A DNA stretch of 64,000 nucleotides from Eledone cirrhosa (taxonomy: Eukaryota). The stretch spans positions 359,352,001 to 359,416,000 of the forward strand of contig OZ024742.1 in the NCBI GenBank assembly GCA_964016885.1, read 5' to 3'. The notes beneath the pieces were generated by a model that worked only from the letters and a program-made list of their open reading frames with translations, did no database searches and was not told the origin of the DNA. Made by a program: the position numbers and the translations under genes. Shown here piece by piece: positions 1-12,965 of the stretch (position 1 is the first letter of the stretch; each line of letters opens with the position of its first letter).

Positions 1-633
1 TGTTAGGTGATGTTAGGCGATGTTAGGTGGTGTTAGGTGGTGTTAGGCGATACGAGGTGATGTTAGGTGATGTTAGGCGATGTTAGGTGGTGTTAGGTGG
101 TGTTAGGCGATACGAGGTGATGTTAGGTGATGTTAGGTGTTGTTAGGTGTTGTTAGGCGGTGTTAGGTGGTGTTAGGCGGTGTTAGGTGGTGTTAGGTGG
201 TGTTAGGCGGTGTTAGTTGGTGTTAGGCGATACGAGGTGATGTTAGGTGATGTTAGGCGGTGTTAGGTGGTGTTAGGTGGTGTTAGGTGGTGTTAGGCGA
301 TACGAGGCGATGTTAGGTGATGTTAGGTGATGTTAGGTGGTGTTCGGCGATGTTAGGTGATGTTGGGCGATGTTGGACGATACTAGGCGATACTAGGCGA
401 TGTGAGGCGATGTGAGGCGATGTTAGGTGATGTTAGGTGATACTAGCCGATACTCGGCGATGTTAGGGGATGTTAGGTGGTTTTAGGTGTTGTTAGGTGA
501 TACTAGGCAATGTTAGGTAATACTAAGCGATGTTAGGCGATGCTAGGCGATGCTAGGCGATGCTAGGCGATGTTAGGCCATGCTAGGCGATGCTAGGCGA
601 TGCTTGGTGATGTTAGGCGATGTTAGGCGATGC
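1..633. repeat. 10-bp tandem repeat, consensus TGTTAGG(T/C)G(A/G), with a local 60-bp higher-order unit
   Basis: Strict 10-bp periodicity from the window start; 1-60 is identical to 61-120; variants (TACTAGG, TGCTAGG) accumulate toward 633. Confidence 0.95.
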
Positions 634-929
634 CTGTGGCAAGCAGGGAATGATACCATTGCTGCTGATCAACAGAGATAATTATTCTGTTGATATTAGT
701 CAGCATGATAACTGAAAAAACTAGAATCGACATATAGATAATCGTGCTGTGTGTACTACATGGATCTCTGTCAGTTTCGAAGATGAATGTTTCAGTATTA
801 AAGATGGGGAAATGTACTAAAAAGTATTATGAAAAGTGAATACTGCCGGAAGTGGGGGAGGGTTCCAGAGAATAAGAAAGAAAGATAGAGTGATAGTGAG
901 CTCGGGTAAAAGAGATAAAGAGGAAGTAT

Positions 930-1030
930 CGCCCCCATTAGTATACTGGTACTTTTTTTATCAACCTCGAAGGATGAAAGGCAAAGTTAACCTCGGCGGG
1001 ATTTGAAACTCAGGATACAGAGCTGGACCA
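930..1030 (-). mobile_element. tRNA-derived SINE fragment (dominant family, Meta-domain-like core)
   Basis: Degenerate copy of the core GGATGAAAGGCAAAGTTAACCTCGGCGGGATTTGAACTCAG that recurs more than 30 times in the window. Confidence 0.8.
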
Positions 1031-1309
1031 AAGACCGCAGTCAATTCGCAAAAGCAGAACTGACTGTTTAGAAATAATAAAAAAATAACCCTTGAAGAGA
1101 AAGTGGTGGGAAATTAAGGTGTAAGTGGCCGAGAATCCCACAGAAACCTGCACCATTAATTTAGTTCTTAAAGAGTTAGAGGTAATATTTTGATATTTTA
1201 GAATTTGTTAATATTTTCTTTAATGTCTTCAATAGTTGACTTCAACACCTACTCTTTATGAGTTATTTTAGTTTATTTCTCAAAAGACAGTTCTGCTTTT
1301 ACACATTCA

Positions 1310-1560
1310 CTGCGGTGTTCGGTCCAGCTTTCCATTCTGAGTTTCAAATCTCACCAAGGTCAACTTCGCCTTTTATCCTTCGAGGTTAATTAAAAAATAC
1401 CAATACATAATGGGGTTGATTCTTTCTCTGTATTTCTTTTTCACATCCTCTCTATTACTCCATCTTTCTCTCTCATACTCTGGTAAAATATGGACGGTGT
1501 TCAGAGGTAAAGTGATAGGCTCCGCTAGGTTTAAAATGTCAAAGGAACGTCGTATGCAAC
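1310..1560 (+). mobile_element. Older SINE copy followed by an extended pyrimidine-rich tail segment
   Basis: SINE core at 1335-1420; the tail (gttcagaggtaaagtgataggctccgctaggtttaa) is similar to 9760-9890 and 3990-4215. Confidence 0.6.
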
Positions 1561-1584
1561 AGCGGTGCCACCTCGACTCTATTG

Positions 1585-1830
1585 GGTGCGTGGTTGGGTG
1601 GTTAGAGAATTTGATTCACAATCCTAAGGTTGTGGTTTCGACTCCCAAATCGGGCGATGCGTTATGTCCTTGAGCAAGACATTTTATTTCACGTTGCTCT
1701 TTCTGCCTGGATGTGTGACCGGCAGATAGTATTAGCAATTGGAAAGACCAATGGATACATTGTTTCCTCGGTCCGATTTGACGAGCTCCACCCCACTCGT
1801 TGAGCGAATGGGGTCGGGAGTCTTGTCGAT
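1585..1830 (+). mobile_element. Second tRNA-derived SINE family (CORE-like)
   Basis: A box (ggtggttagag), B box (ggtttcgactcc), then tgtccttgagcaagacattttatttcacg; the reverse complement matches 12440-12550. Confidence 0.7.
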
Positions 1831-2164
1831 CGACTGTCGATGTATATTCATACAACTATTGAAAACATTAAAGAAAAGATTGACAATATATCAAAATATT
1901 GCTTTTTTTATAATGATATGTAACCCAACAAAATGATTCCCATATTAATCCAATATAATCTAGGGTCTTCTCACTCTTGAGGGAAAAACCCCTTCCTAGT
2001 TAACCTCCAACACTTTCTGTTTGGTTTTGATCATGTCAAGGGTGTAACCATATTTACTACGTTTGGCTAATTGGGAGTTGGTGAAGCTATTTAACCCATA
2101 ATTGGGGTCCCATACTTATACAAGGACATATAGATTCTTTATGGAATATGGAATGGTCCTCTGG

Positions 2165-2445
2165 CGGTCTCGACGATGAGCGTTTGAGTTGTTCGATCAA
2201 CAGAACAGCCAGCTCATGAAATTAACAGGAACGTCATTGAGCATTTCACTGACACGTGTATCCTTCGCGTAATTCTCAGGGAGATTCAGTATTACACAGC
2301 ATGTAACAAGGTTTTTCTGTTCAATAACAAGTACAGCTTATCCGGGGGGCTTCATAGTTTCCTTTTACCCAGTTTCCCTCACAAGGCTTGTGTCGACTTT
2401 AGATTATGGTATATGACACTTGCTCAAGATGTCACACAGTGGGAA
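2165..2445 (-). mobile_element. SINE fragments (CORE-like families)
   Basis: 2165-2340 aligns with 12280-12440 (gaaattaac...ttctcagggagattca...acaagg); 2350-2445 carries gacacttgctcaag. Confidence 0.6.
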
Positions 2446-2497
2446 TCTATTCACGGTGAAATCTCTGCTCTTGGATCAGAATAGTGTGGCTACAGCT

Positions 2498-2562
2498 TAC
2501 GAAGGTAGGCTGAAAAGTTAATAAGCTGACTATGATGGAGTGATAGTGGAGCTGGGAAAAAC
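2498..2562 (+). mobile_element. Possible mariner-type terminal inverted repeat remnant
   Basis: TA-CGAAGGTAGGCTGAAAAGTT resembles mariner ends; a similar TA-CGAGGAGGTGAGGAAAAGTTTC occurs at 55670. No partner TIR found. Confidence 0.35.
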
Positions 2563-2912
2563 ACGAAAGAGAAAGAAGGAAGAAGAGATATACTTAGAAG
2601 AAAGAGGAAGAGAAAAGAGAAAAAGAAAAAGAAAGCAAATGACAAAAGAGAAAAATGACAGAGAAAGAAGAAAGAGATACACTTAGAAGAAAGAGGAAGA
2701 GAAAGAGAAAGAGAAAGACGAAAGATGGAGGTATAAAAGGTAGGTAACTGTGGAGATATTATCAGCCTCTATCTTTCGTCTGTCTCTTTCTCTTAAACTC
2801 CGATCTAGGAGATTGTTGTCTCCACTTTGAAAAGAAATATGCTACACAAGGGAATCCTTATTGAGTACTTCGGTAAAGGGGACTGAATAATTATATCTAG
2901 AGAATGTCTTAC

Positions 2913-2936
2913 CACTACTACAACTGCTACTACTAT

Positions 2937-2983
<47 letters not shown>

Positions 2984-3057
2984 TTGCTACTGGTGCTGCT
3001 GCTACTAATACTGCCGCTACCTACTATTATTACTACTACTATTACTACTACTACTAT

Positions 3058-3110
<53 letters not shown>

Positions 3111-3146
3111 ATACTACTAATACTGGTGCTGCTGCTACTAATACTG

Positions 3147-3179
<33 letters not shown>

Positions 3180-3182
3180 TTG

Positions 3183-3219
<37 letters not shown>

Positions 3220-3220
3220 A
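2913..3220. repeat. Compound (ACT)n/(GCT)n microsatellite
   Basis: Direct inspection. Confidence 0.95.
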
Positions 3221-4215
3221 AGAATGTTATTGCTATATATAGATATATTATTAGAGATAATTGTTTCTACTGTTGGCACAAAACCACAATTTATAGGTAA
3301 TGAAATCATTAGATCGCCTCCAGTGCATTACTGGTATTTTATTATATCGACTTCGTAAGGATGAAAGGCAAAGCTAACCACGGTTTATATAATGGTGATA
3401 TATTTGATATAACTATACGGTGAGGAAAATTAATTATTCCAATGGTGAATTCACTGAAAAAAAATCATTTCAACAGTTACGGTAGACTAAACCAGACATG
3501 CTTTTGTATCATTAGACCACATCAGCGAAGCCTATACTTCACTGTAATTGCCAAAGTAGTGGTGAATGTATCACTTAACAGGTGTATACAATTTTACATA
3601 AGTTGGCATAAGAATTATTATATTATAAATGTTACTGAAGTTAATTAGGTGCAGATGCTAACGGAGAACGTAAGGTTAGTGTTAAAAATTCTATGTAGTA
3701 ACCATAAACATCTAATTAAATATACTTAAATGGTGAGAAAAATAATTAAAACTATATTAGTCTGTGAGCCAATACAGCTTTTCCCTTCGGTTATTAGCGT
3801 GTCTAATTAGATGTTTGATGCTCAATACATTGAACATGTTAAAACTAAAATTTCAGTTATGTGACGAATTGGGCGTATCGTTAGAACCTCGGTCAGACTG
3901 CTTTGTGATATTCGTCCCTATTCTTTGAGTTCAAATCCTGCTGAGGTTTACTTTGCGTTTCTTTCTTTCCACTCCAACATAGAGGTCGATTCTATCCCTA
4001 TATATCTTCCTCACACTACATATATTTTACACTTTTCTTCTCTAGAAGAAATCTGCTGTGTTTCGATCTGGTTTATCCTTCCACACTAATAGACGAGTCA
4101 ATTCTTTTCCTATATATGTATATAACTTTCTCACACTCACGTAATAAAGCTTTCATATTTCTTTTCTCTAGAGGAAATCACCTTTGTTCCGACCTGGTTT
4201 AAAGTTCCTAAGACA

Positions 4216-4263
<48 letters not shown>

Positions 4264-5819
4264 GAATAGTCTGTTTTGTGTCGAGGAATTTTACGAATTT
4301 GAAATATCCAGTATATTTTGTTTGAAAACATCAACAAAATCAAGGCAGGTATTTTAAATTTACAAATTTCAGGCTTTCTACCAGTTTGTCCAGTTCGATT
4401 TCTCAACATCTAAAATAGCAAAGGAGGAAATGGTCTTGAAATCCTAGTGGTAGTACTAGTTGTATATATATTCTATTGAAACAGGGGTATTACTGGTAGA
4501 TATAATGTAATTCTATTCGGGAAGGAAAGGGTCGTTTCTTAGTTAAAATTAAGAAAACTATGTTTCCATTAGTATTTCTATTGCTGATAGCTGTTTGTCC
4601 GTCATAAATCCTGATAAAAGCATCATCACATCTCTAGTGATAGAAGGTGGAATTTGAACTTAGAACGTGCAGAGCCAGACCAAATACCACAAATAATCCC
4701 ACCGGACACTTCAGTAATCCGACCAAGCCTTCGACTTGTACTTTATTTATTCACCCCCAAAATGAGGAATAATAGAGTTGAAGCAGGCCGGATTCGAACT
4801 CTCTTAGGTGAGAGTACAGAAAGCCAAAGCCTCTAATTTACCCCCCTAACAACCCTGCCCTATTCACCCCATATTCAGACATCGTAAAACTCTATTTAAA
4901 CATGGTAAAATATACGAAAGTATATTGAGGAATGAAACCAATTTGTGTATTTGAAGAATTCATGTGTCAAATTTCCATATTTGAAATTTGAATATATAAT
5001 TAGCTAATTTGCATATTTAATTAGATAGTGAAATGGTTGTTGCTATAAAACAGCTTAACACAAATAACAATTAGTCTGCTACTTACAGAACTTGAGCTGT
5101 CTTTTATGCATATTAATCAGCTGAACTTAATAACATTCGACCATTTCAACCTTTGGGAATTAAATGTTTGTTGGAAACTAAATTTCAAGAGTCTGTTATA
5201 TGCATACTCTATAAAATACACAGGTGTTTCGTTTATAAACTGAAAAACGTGTGAAAAGTATAAAACCTGAGGTGCTTTTTATTTAATTTCTATATTAAAT
5301 TTTTAAAATTCAAGTCTAGCAGATGTTTGTGTATTACACAAACAGCGTTTATTTGCCAAATTGCATTTTACGATTAGTTTCACTTTATATTGAAAAAAAT
5401 TGAAATTGTGGCAACTACAGAATACAGAATGCGGAGCCTAATATACATAACAAATCTAATAAATATCAAGATATTCTTAACCCTATAAGACAAACATCTT
5501 TCTTGACCATAGATATGGGCAACAAGTATCCTGTCACCCTCATATGATAAATATACAACCTTATTTTTCAGCGTTCTGCGTTTCTAGTGACGAACAAGCT
5601 AGTGGTATTAGATGGCAGAAGTTGCTGGAACGCTTTGGAGATCTACCACATGTATTTGACACGTGAGGGATGGCATTAGCAATGTATGGATTGTCATTAG
5701 TAGAGTTGTTTCTACTGAATACTGTAAATATAGATTCATTAGATAACTATTTCATTCCCATGAAAAATATTTGTTTTGAAACATTTATATTCAGACAATT
5801 TATCCAGATCTATGGAGAA

Positions 5820-6460
5820 AGTATATACGCCTCGGATATCAAAGAGTTACTCTACGTAGAGCCGTTACTTCTCTGAATTGAGAGATCATAGTTCAGATAC
5901 TATGGACATGTGGTTAGAATCAGGAAAGAAGGTGTAGCTCAGAGATCAGAGAGTCACTCTATGTAGAGCCGCTACTTCTCTGAATTGAGAGATCATAGCT
6001 CAGATACTATGGACATGTGGTTAGAATGTCTCAGGAAAAAATGTGTAGCTCAGAGATCAGAGAGTCACTCTACGTAGAGCCGCTACTTCTCTGAATTGAG
6101 AGATCATAGCTCAGATACTATGGACATGGGGTTAGAATGTCTCAGGAAAGAATGTGTAGCTCAGAGATCTGAGAGTCACTCTACGTAGAGCCGCTACTTC
6201 TCTGAATTGAGAGATCATAGCTCAGATACTATGGACATGTGGTTAGAATGTCTCAGGAAAGAATTGCTAGATAGATTTTATGGCAAAACCAACTGGAAGG
6301 AGAACCAGGGGCAGACCCCGAACAAGATATTTGGATAATAGCCAATAGCTTGGCTTGTCTCACTTGGGGATCCAGCCGGATCAGTTGGAGGCGGTTGCTT
6401 CTGACATGACCCACTGGAAGGAGACCTTGAGGACTCTGCTCATACGACACTCTCAGGAAT
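5820..6460 (+). pseudogene. 3' end of an RTE-clade LINE ORF with an internal ~111-bp tandem amplification (about 4 copies)
   Basis: Translates as VEPLLL*IERS*LRYYGHVVRMSQERIAR followed by a degenerate GRRxRGRP-type motif, the typical RTE C-terminus. Units start at 5849, 5956, 6067 and 6178. Confidence 0.8.
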
Positions 6461-7349
6461 ATATATGTTGTACGTACTAGCAGAAAAACCACCCTTCAGT
6501 TGGTTTTCTGCTAGCATGTGTAGTGTACATATTGATATTATACGCAGGTATATATACATGTAGATATGATACATCAAATAAAATCGTAATTGACAATATA
6601 CACAGAAATTGAACGAAGACTACGTTACACTGTCTTATGTAATCAGTAACGTAATCCATGATACATTAAACAAAACGATATTATATATAAACTGCATTAG
6701 GAGAAAATTAGAGACAGAAATATATGAATGTTTATTTAAGCGATCGCTAACCGGAAGTGTTCACATTTGAAAATGTTAAAGAAGTGAATCTTAAAATAAG
6801 CAACAAAATTATTTATATTTAATCAGGTATAACGAAATTTAGTAGATAAATTATGTAATATTCATTCATTATTTATTCAAAGTAATAAAGTACCAGTAAT
6901 GCATTGGGTAATTGCTGGCCTTGTGCCAAAAGTAGAAACAATTATTTATTCAAAGTAATCCAACTTATTTTACAAACGGGCAAAACAATATATTCTGGAC
7001 GCAGTCCCGCGCTTCTTACTTTATTATAGTTTAGATATATGTGTGTTTTTATATATATATATTTATATATATGTTATACGTGTATATGTGTGTTTTTATA
7101 AATATATTTATATATATGTTATATGTATGTATATGGGTGTGTTTTCATATTTAGATGGAGAGACGTATGTATGTTATTTTATTATTTATGTTGTTCCTGT
7201 AAATTTGACCCTGAGAGAAAAAAAAAGAAAGCAAATTGCTTTCCATCTGTTTCAAGTGACACAATGGAAGGTAACAGAATGTGAAGGAGAAGAAGAAGAA
7301 GAAGGTGGGGGGGGGGGGGTAGTGTGGTGGTGGTGGTGGTGATGATGAT

Positions 7350-7406
<57 letters not shown>

Positions 7407-7761
7407 TTCTACGATGCCAACAGAGAGATTTGATCCAGTTAGAAATGAACCTAACACTAGAAACATCAATTACTTATCTTCTTCGACTATAATGTTCACT
7501 GCAATATATAGCAATTACTCCCATCCAAGGAACCCCAGACAAGATCACTTCTGTTGGACACAATTGACAATATCATGGAGACATACCAACATTTAACAAC
7601 TATGTCATATATCTAATTCTGATGAGGTTTATAATCTTAATAACATAATATTTCATGTAGCACTCATGAAAACAGTGTCATTACATCAGGGATGAGGAGA
7701 CAAAGTTTATATAGCTTAGTTTATAATCAGCTTTCAAGAAAAAACTCTTTCCTTCTGGAAT

Positions 7762-7950
7762 ATAATTGTTTCTACTTTTGGCACAAGGCCAGCAATTACC
7801 CAGTGCATTACTGGTACTATATTTTATCGACCCCGTAAGGATGAAAGGCAAAGTTAACCTCGGCGGGATTTGAACTCAGATCATACAGGGAGGTAACTCT
7901 ATACTTCAAAGCATGGAGTCCGACCCTCTACCGATACTGCCAATCCACTG
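7762..7950 (-). mobile_element. Near full-length tRNA-derived SINE (dominant family)
   Basis: Reverse strand shows the A box (tggcagtatcggtagag), B box (gagttcaaatcc), core and gtagaaacaatt tail. Confidence 0.9.
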
Positions 7951-8169
7951 GAATATAATTTATTATAATTAGTACAGCTTAACGTGATTATAATTTTACA
8001 GACATATATATAGAGAGAGAATCATTAGAACATCTGACTGATAAAATGACAAGTCAGTCAATCATATTGGTGGTCTCCCCACAGCCCCGACGGACAGAAT
8101 GGAGAAGGCGTTTCCCCGGAGGACGGCAAAGGAGACGCGCTGGAAAATCCATTCCAACTCGCAATCTGG

Positions 8170-8368
8170 TGCATTTCTGCGACTAACCCAGGTTCTGCTG
8201 CACGTCGGGCTGAAGAGGCCAAACTCTTCAAATACCGATCGCTCTCCGACAGATTTGCGGTTGTACCCTTGGCAGTGGAGACTTCTGGTGTCCTCCGCCC
8301 TAGGGCTACCTCCATACTCACCACCATAGGCGCTGAGATGGCCAGCGGCAAGTGTGAGCCTCATGAAA
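8170..8368 (+). pseudogene. Fragment of a CRE-clade non-LTR retrotransposon restriction-like endonuclease domain
   Basis: A + frame absent from the ORF track reads PGSAARRAEEAKLFKYRSLSDRFAVVPLAVETSGVL, matching the AAxxAExxKxxKY...VPxAVETxG RLE motif; GC-rich island 8060-8365. Confidence 0.75.
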
Positions 8369-9954
8369 ACTAACCATCGTTTAATATAATTTTTATTCTA
8401 AAAGTTTTCAGTATACTTTTCTTTGTATAGTCTTAAGAATAAGAAAGAACTTTCCATAACAGTTTAAATTCTTCTTTTGTAAGTTGTTACAGTTTACAAG
8501 GAGACTATTATATAATTCCAGTTCACGCAACAAGTGAACCAAAGAATCTCTTTCAATGTCTATTTTTTTTTTTTTTTTTTTTTTGTAGCAGAAACGGAAA
8601 GATGTAATCTCGTGTAATTTTCTGTGATCACCATCTTTGCTTTGTAAACAAGGTATCGGAAGAAGTAGTAACAGAATAAATGTCGTGAATGCGCAGTGGC
8701 AAGTAAGCTAGTATAGTCGTTCAAATTACAATACATATAAACAAGCTTGTCTCTACTGTGTTCTCATGAATAGAGGAAAACTAAAACATATTCCTTTGGA
8801 CACATAGACAAAAAAAAACACAGCCAAATTCAGTCGATTGCATCTGGAAATTAAACAATAATCTTCTTACTACTGTATTAAATGGAAAATCCTAGAAAGT
8901 TATAGAACCTGCAAAAGTGTGATATCTATTTCTTGTAAATTAATTGATACGTCAAGGGTTTAAAATTCAAGGTTTAAAATGATTAAACAACCATATATTT
9001 GCCAAATTGCATTTCATGGCAGGTTTCACTTTATATTAAGAGAATTCTAAATCGTAGTAAGTTCAGAAGCATTGTCCAATATACATAATATTTTCACTAA
9101 ATATTGCCTAAATCGGTAAAATGCGAGCTCTTTTCGAAACGCCCAATATTGCTTTTTAGTTTTAGTGCGTTGTACATACGACATACTACTGCACCAACCG
9201 ATAATGTCTGCTGTAATAAAACACTTTCTAGTTTCCTTCGTTTTTCATGTGACATGGGCAGCGAATTTAATAGTCAAACGACTTGCTAAGCGAATAAATT
9301 TCGTATGAGAGACAAGGCAGTTGTTTTTATTAAGTTTCACAATTACTGAGACACAATTCGGACTTCCTAACTTTTGTAGTCTCTAAGATACCGATTATTA
9401 AATTAAGTGAACAAATAAACGCATAAAACATTTACACTTTTAGATTCCGGTGACTGTATAGGCTAGAGGGTGGATATAAAGAATGTAGTGTAAAATGAAT
9501 GTTGTTTTTATTTAAGACAGCCAAGTTCTATTCAATAAGTGAGCAACGGTTTGTACAAAAGGTGAAACCAGTTACACAAACGAAATACAATACAAATATG
9601 ATTCCAGAGATAATAATACAAGACGGTGAATTGGCAGTCATTAGGTCGTCGGATAAAACGCTTTGTAGTATTAGTTCCAGCTCTATGTAAACCCACTGAG
9701 ATCACTTTTGTCTTTCATCTTTTCTAGGTCAATAAAAATGAACCAGTACAGTACTGGTATAAATTCTTCCTCTATGTATCTTGTTTTACACTCTATTTCT
9801 ATCTCCCTCTATCTCTCTGAAAACCCGATATGTTCAGACCTGGTAAGTGGATAAGCTCCACCAGGTTTTAATTTCCAAAGATACTTTGCGCATTGGAACC
9901 CCTCCTCCAGCTCCACCAGGAGTTAGAAGTTTAAAGAAGAGAAATAAAATAACG

Positions 9955-10115
9955 GTTACTACTTTTGGCACAAAGCCAGCATTACTGGTACTTTATTTTA
10001 TCGACCCTGTAAGGATGAAAAGCAAAGTTAACCTCGACGGGATTTGAACTCAGATCGTAAAGAGACGTAACTATGCTGGAAAGCATGGCGTCCGACCCTT
10101 TACCGGTACTGCCAT
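9955..10115 (-). mobile_element. tRNA-derived SINE (dominant family)
   Basis: Core motif present; flanked by the repeat agaaataaaataac (9940, 10121), a likely TSD. Confidence 0.85.
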
Positions 10116-10529
10116 TTCGAGAAATAAAATAACAATATTTTTAGATATCCGTAGCTAGAATAGTTAGTCATACAAAATACATTCAACTACTGACAACTTA
10201 CGTAGAAAACATTTCCCTCTCGTTTTCATTCGCTAAAGTCTTGGATCTAATATTCTTTATGGCAGAATATATCCATCCATCAAATCTATTCTTTTCTTAT
10301 CTACGTTGGTGTTCATCACGTAGTACAAGAGAGACACGCTGGACATACTGAGACAATAGCATAACTTATACTTTTTCATTGAAACAATTTTATTTCATTT
10401 AAGCTATTTATTCCGTTTTCAATAATAGCTCTCCACAAAACTCCAGCCATACAATCAGAATATCATATAGAAGCAACAGAATAAAGAATGGCGTTGGGAT
10501 AAACGTACGTAATTATTATTATTATTATT

Positions 10530-10737
10530 ATTGGATTGGCAGATCGGTAGAAGGTCGGACGCCATACTTTGCAGCATAATGTTACGCCCCGTTACAGTTT
10601 CAGTTCAAATCCCGCCGAGGTTAACTTTTCCTTTCATCCTTACGGTGTCGATAAATAAAGTACCAGTAACTTACTGGGGTCGATTCAATCGACTTTCCCC
10701 TCCCCCAAATTACTGGCCTTGTGCCTAAATAAGAAAC

Positions 10738-10776
<39 letters not shown>

Positions 10777-10995
10777 GGCGGTGAATTAGCAGTATCGGTA
10801 GAGGGACGGACGCCAGGCTTTGCAGCATAGAGTTATGGCCCGTTATGATCTGAGATCAAAGCCTGCCAAGGTTAGTTTTGCCTTTCATCCTTACGGAGTC
10901 GATAAAATAAAGTAACAGTAATACACTGGGTCGATTTAATCGATTTTCCCCTCCCCCCAAATTACTGGCCTTGGGCCTATACTAGAAACAATTAT
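10530..10995 (+). mobile_element. Two tandem SINE copies separated by (ATT)n
   Basis: Copies at 10530-10740 and 10775-10995, each with A/B boxes, core and ATT tail. Confidence 0.9.
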
Positions 10996-11269
10996 TATTG
11001 TTGTTGTTGTTGTTGTTATATGTGTTGTTGATAGTATCAGCCGTGTAATGTGTTGGACTATTAAATTAGTTATTAAACTGAATTTTGTTCGGAAGTAATA
11101 TGTGATGCTAACAGAGCTGAAAGCAGAGTAAAACTAATTAAATGGCCATTTTGTTTCTGAATGGAGGTAATATATAAACAAAATAAGAATTGTAAGCAAA
11201 TAAGTAATTACTTGAATAAACAAATATCTTGCACATAATGTTATCTTTCTTTCTTTTAGACACATTCAT

Positions 11270-11935
11270 ATGTGTGTCTGTGTATGTGTGTCTCTGTGTG
11301 TGTATATTTGTTTGTGTGTGTCTGTGTGTGCGTGTCTGTGTTTGTGTGTGTGTGTGTGTGTGTGCTTGTATGTGTGTTTGTGTGTGTGTGTTGCTGTGTG
11401 TTTCTGTGTGTGTGTATGTGTGTGTATGTGTGTATGTGTGTGTCTGTGTCTCTGTGTGTTTGTGTATGTGTATGTGTGCGTGTATGTGTGTTTGTGTCTG
11501 TGTCTGTGTGTGTGTGTTTGTGTGTTTGTGTGTGTGTACATGTGTTTGTGTATGTGTGTGTTTGTGTGTGTGTCTCTGTGTGTGTGTGTATATGTCTGTG
11601 TGTGTCTATGTGTATGTATGTGTGTGTATGTCTGTGTGTGTGTGTGTATGCGTGTGTTTTCAAAAGTTTGCAGAAAACTAGATAAAAATAGATAAGATGA
11701 AATAGATAAATAAATGATTTAATGAATAAACTTATCTTCGCCACACATACATATACACACATACACATGTACCTATATACCCATACACATACACATACAC
11801 TTACACACATACATATACACACATTCACACATACACACATACACACATACACATGTACCCATACACATACACACATACACATACACAAATACATATACAC
11901 ACATCCACATATACCCATACACACATTCATGTATA
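11270..11935. repeat. Imperfect (TG)n tract followed by an imperfect (CA)n tract
   Basis: 11270-11657 TG-rich; 11742-11935 CA-rich. Confidence 0.9.
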
Positions 11936-12159
11936 TATGTCTCTATATAAAATATATATATTGATTGATATATTGACAAACACGTAATGACTCGATTTAG
12001 ACGGAAAGTTAGGAGAGCATAACACGTGCGTCTTTCTCTGCAACATAAGGGAGATAAGTCATGTTATATATGGACACGATAGATAATGACTATTTTAAAT
12101 TGTAAATCAGAACATTTAGAAAATTATTCTAAATCTCTCTGCTAATAATTGCCTAATAG

Positions 12160-12550
12160 CACTCCGTCGGTTACGGCTACGAGTGTTCCAGTTGATATGA
12201 TCAACAGAACACCTGTTTAAAGTTGAGTGGTTAATTCCAATGGACGTATGTTAATGAAACCCATCTCTGCTTCTCTCGGTTACGACGACCAGTGTTCCGG
12301 TTCAGCCTGTCCGTGAAATTAACAAGCACGTGACTGGATATTCCATGGATATGCGTACCCTTAAAATAGTTCTCAGGGAGATTCAATGTGACACAGAATG
12401 TGACAAGGCTGGCCCTTCGAATTACAGGTACAACTCATTTTTGCATGAAATAAATTGTCTTGCTTAAGAACACAACGCGTCACCGACAATGAAACTCGCG
12501 ACCTTACGGTTGTGAGCCAAATACCCTAACCCTGAAGCCACGAGTCTTCA
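12160..12550 (-). mobile_element. CORE-like tRNA-derived SINE
   Basis: tRNA-like head at 12480-12550 on the minus strand; tgtcttgcttaagaacacaacgc core; homologous to 1585-1700, 2165-2340 and 53815-53880. Confidence 0.75.
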
Positions 12551-12965
12551 CCTGGAAATTGCAAATGATAATTTCTTAAATAAACACAAAGGAAAGAATT
12601 GTAGCCGAAGTACATCGCTAATAGCTGGTACAATTCCATCGGTTCCAGACTGAAGATAGAGGAAGGTTTTTTTTATTCTAAACGATAAATTATATCTTTC
12701 CATAGTAACTGGCTCTAGCTATGGAGACAAATCAGATAAATAATTCAATAGTAGCTCCTATAACTATGGGCTGGAAGACACAATATATTGACACACACAC
12801 AGTTAGGTATATAATAAAAAGGACCATATGTTATGTCTTCATAACATTTATTGAGTAGTGACGTGCGTTTCGCTATTGAGCAGCTCAAGGTTCGATCTGT
12901 ATCTATCTAGCCTGACTCTGGAATCAAAAGCTCGTCGGACCTTTGATATACATATATATATATCA

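Noticed and set aside
1-633. True telomere
   Set aside because: 10-bp unit rather than a pure telomerase repeat, and wrong strand polarity for a left end.
2842-3358. Poly-Thr/Ala/Val ORFs
   Set aside because: Microsatellite translation; the ORF runs into a SINE.
6477-6514. Short hairpin ctagcagaaaa...ttttctgctag as a terminator
   Set aside because: Eukaryotic context; isolated, possibly a Helitron-end remnant, with no other support.
7610-7660. CTGATGA as a hammerhead core
   Set aside because: No GAAA box, stem III or stem I partner.
11229-11979. Cys/Val- and His/Thr-rich ORFs and an apparent large inverted repeat
   Set aside because: Independent (TG)n and (CA)n microsatellites; complementarity is only compositional.
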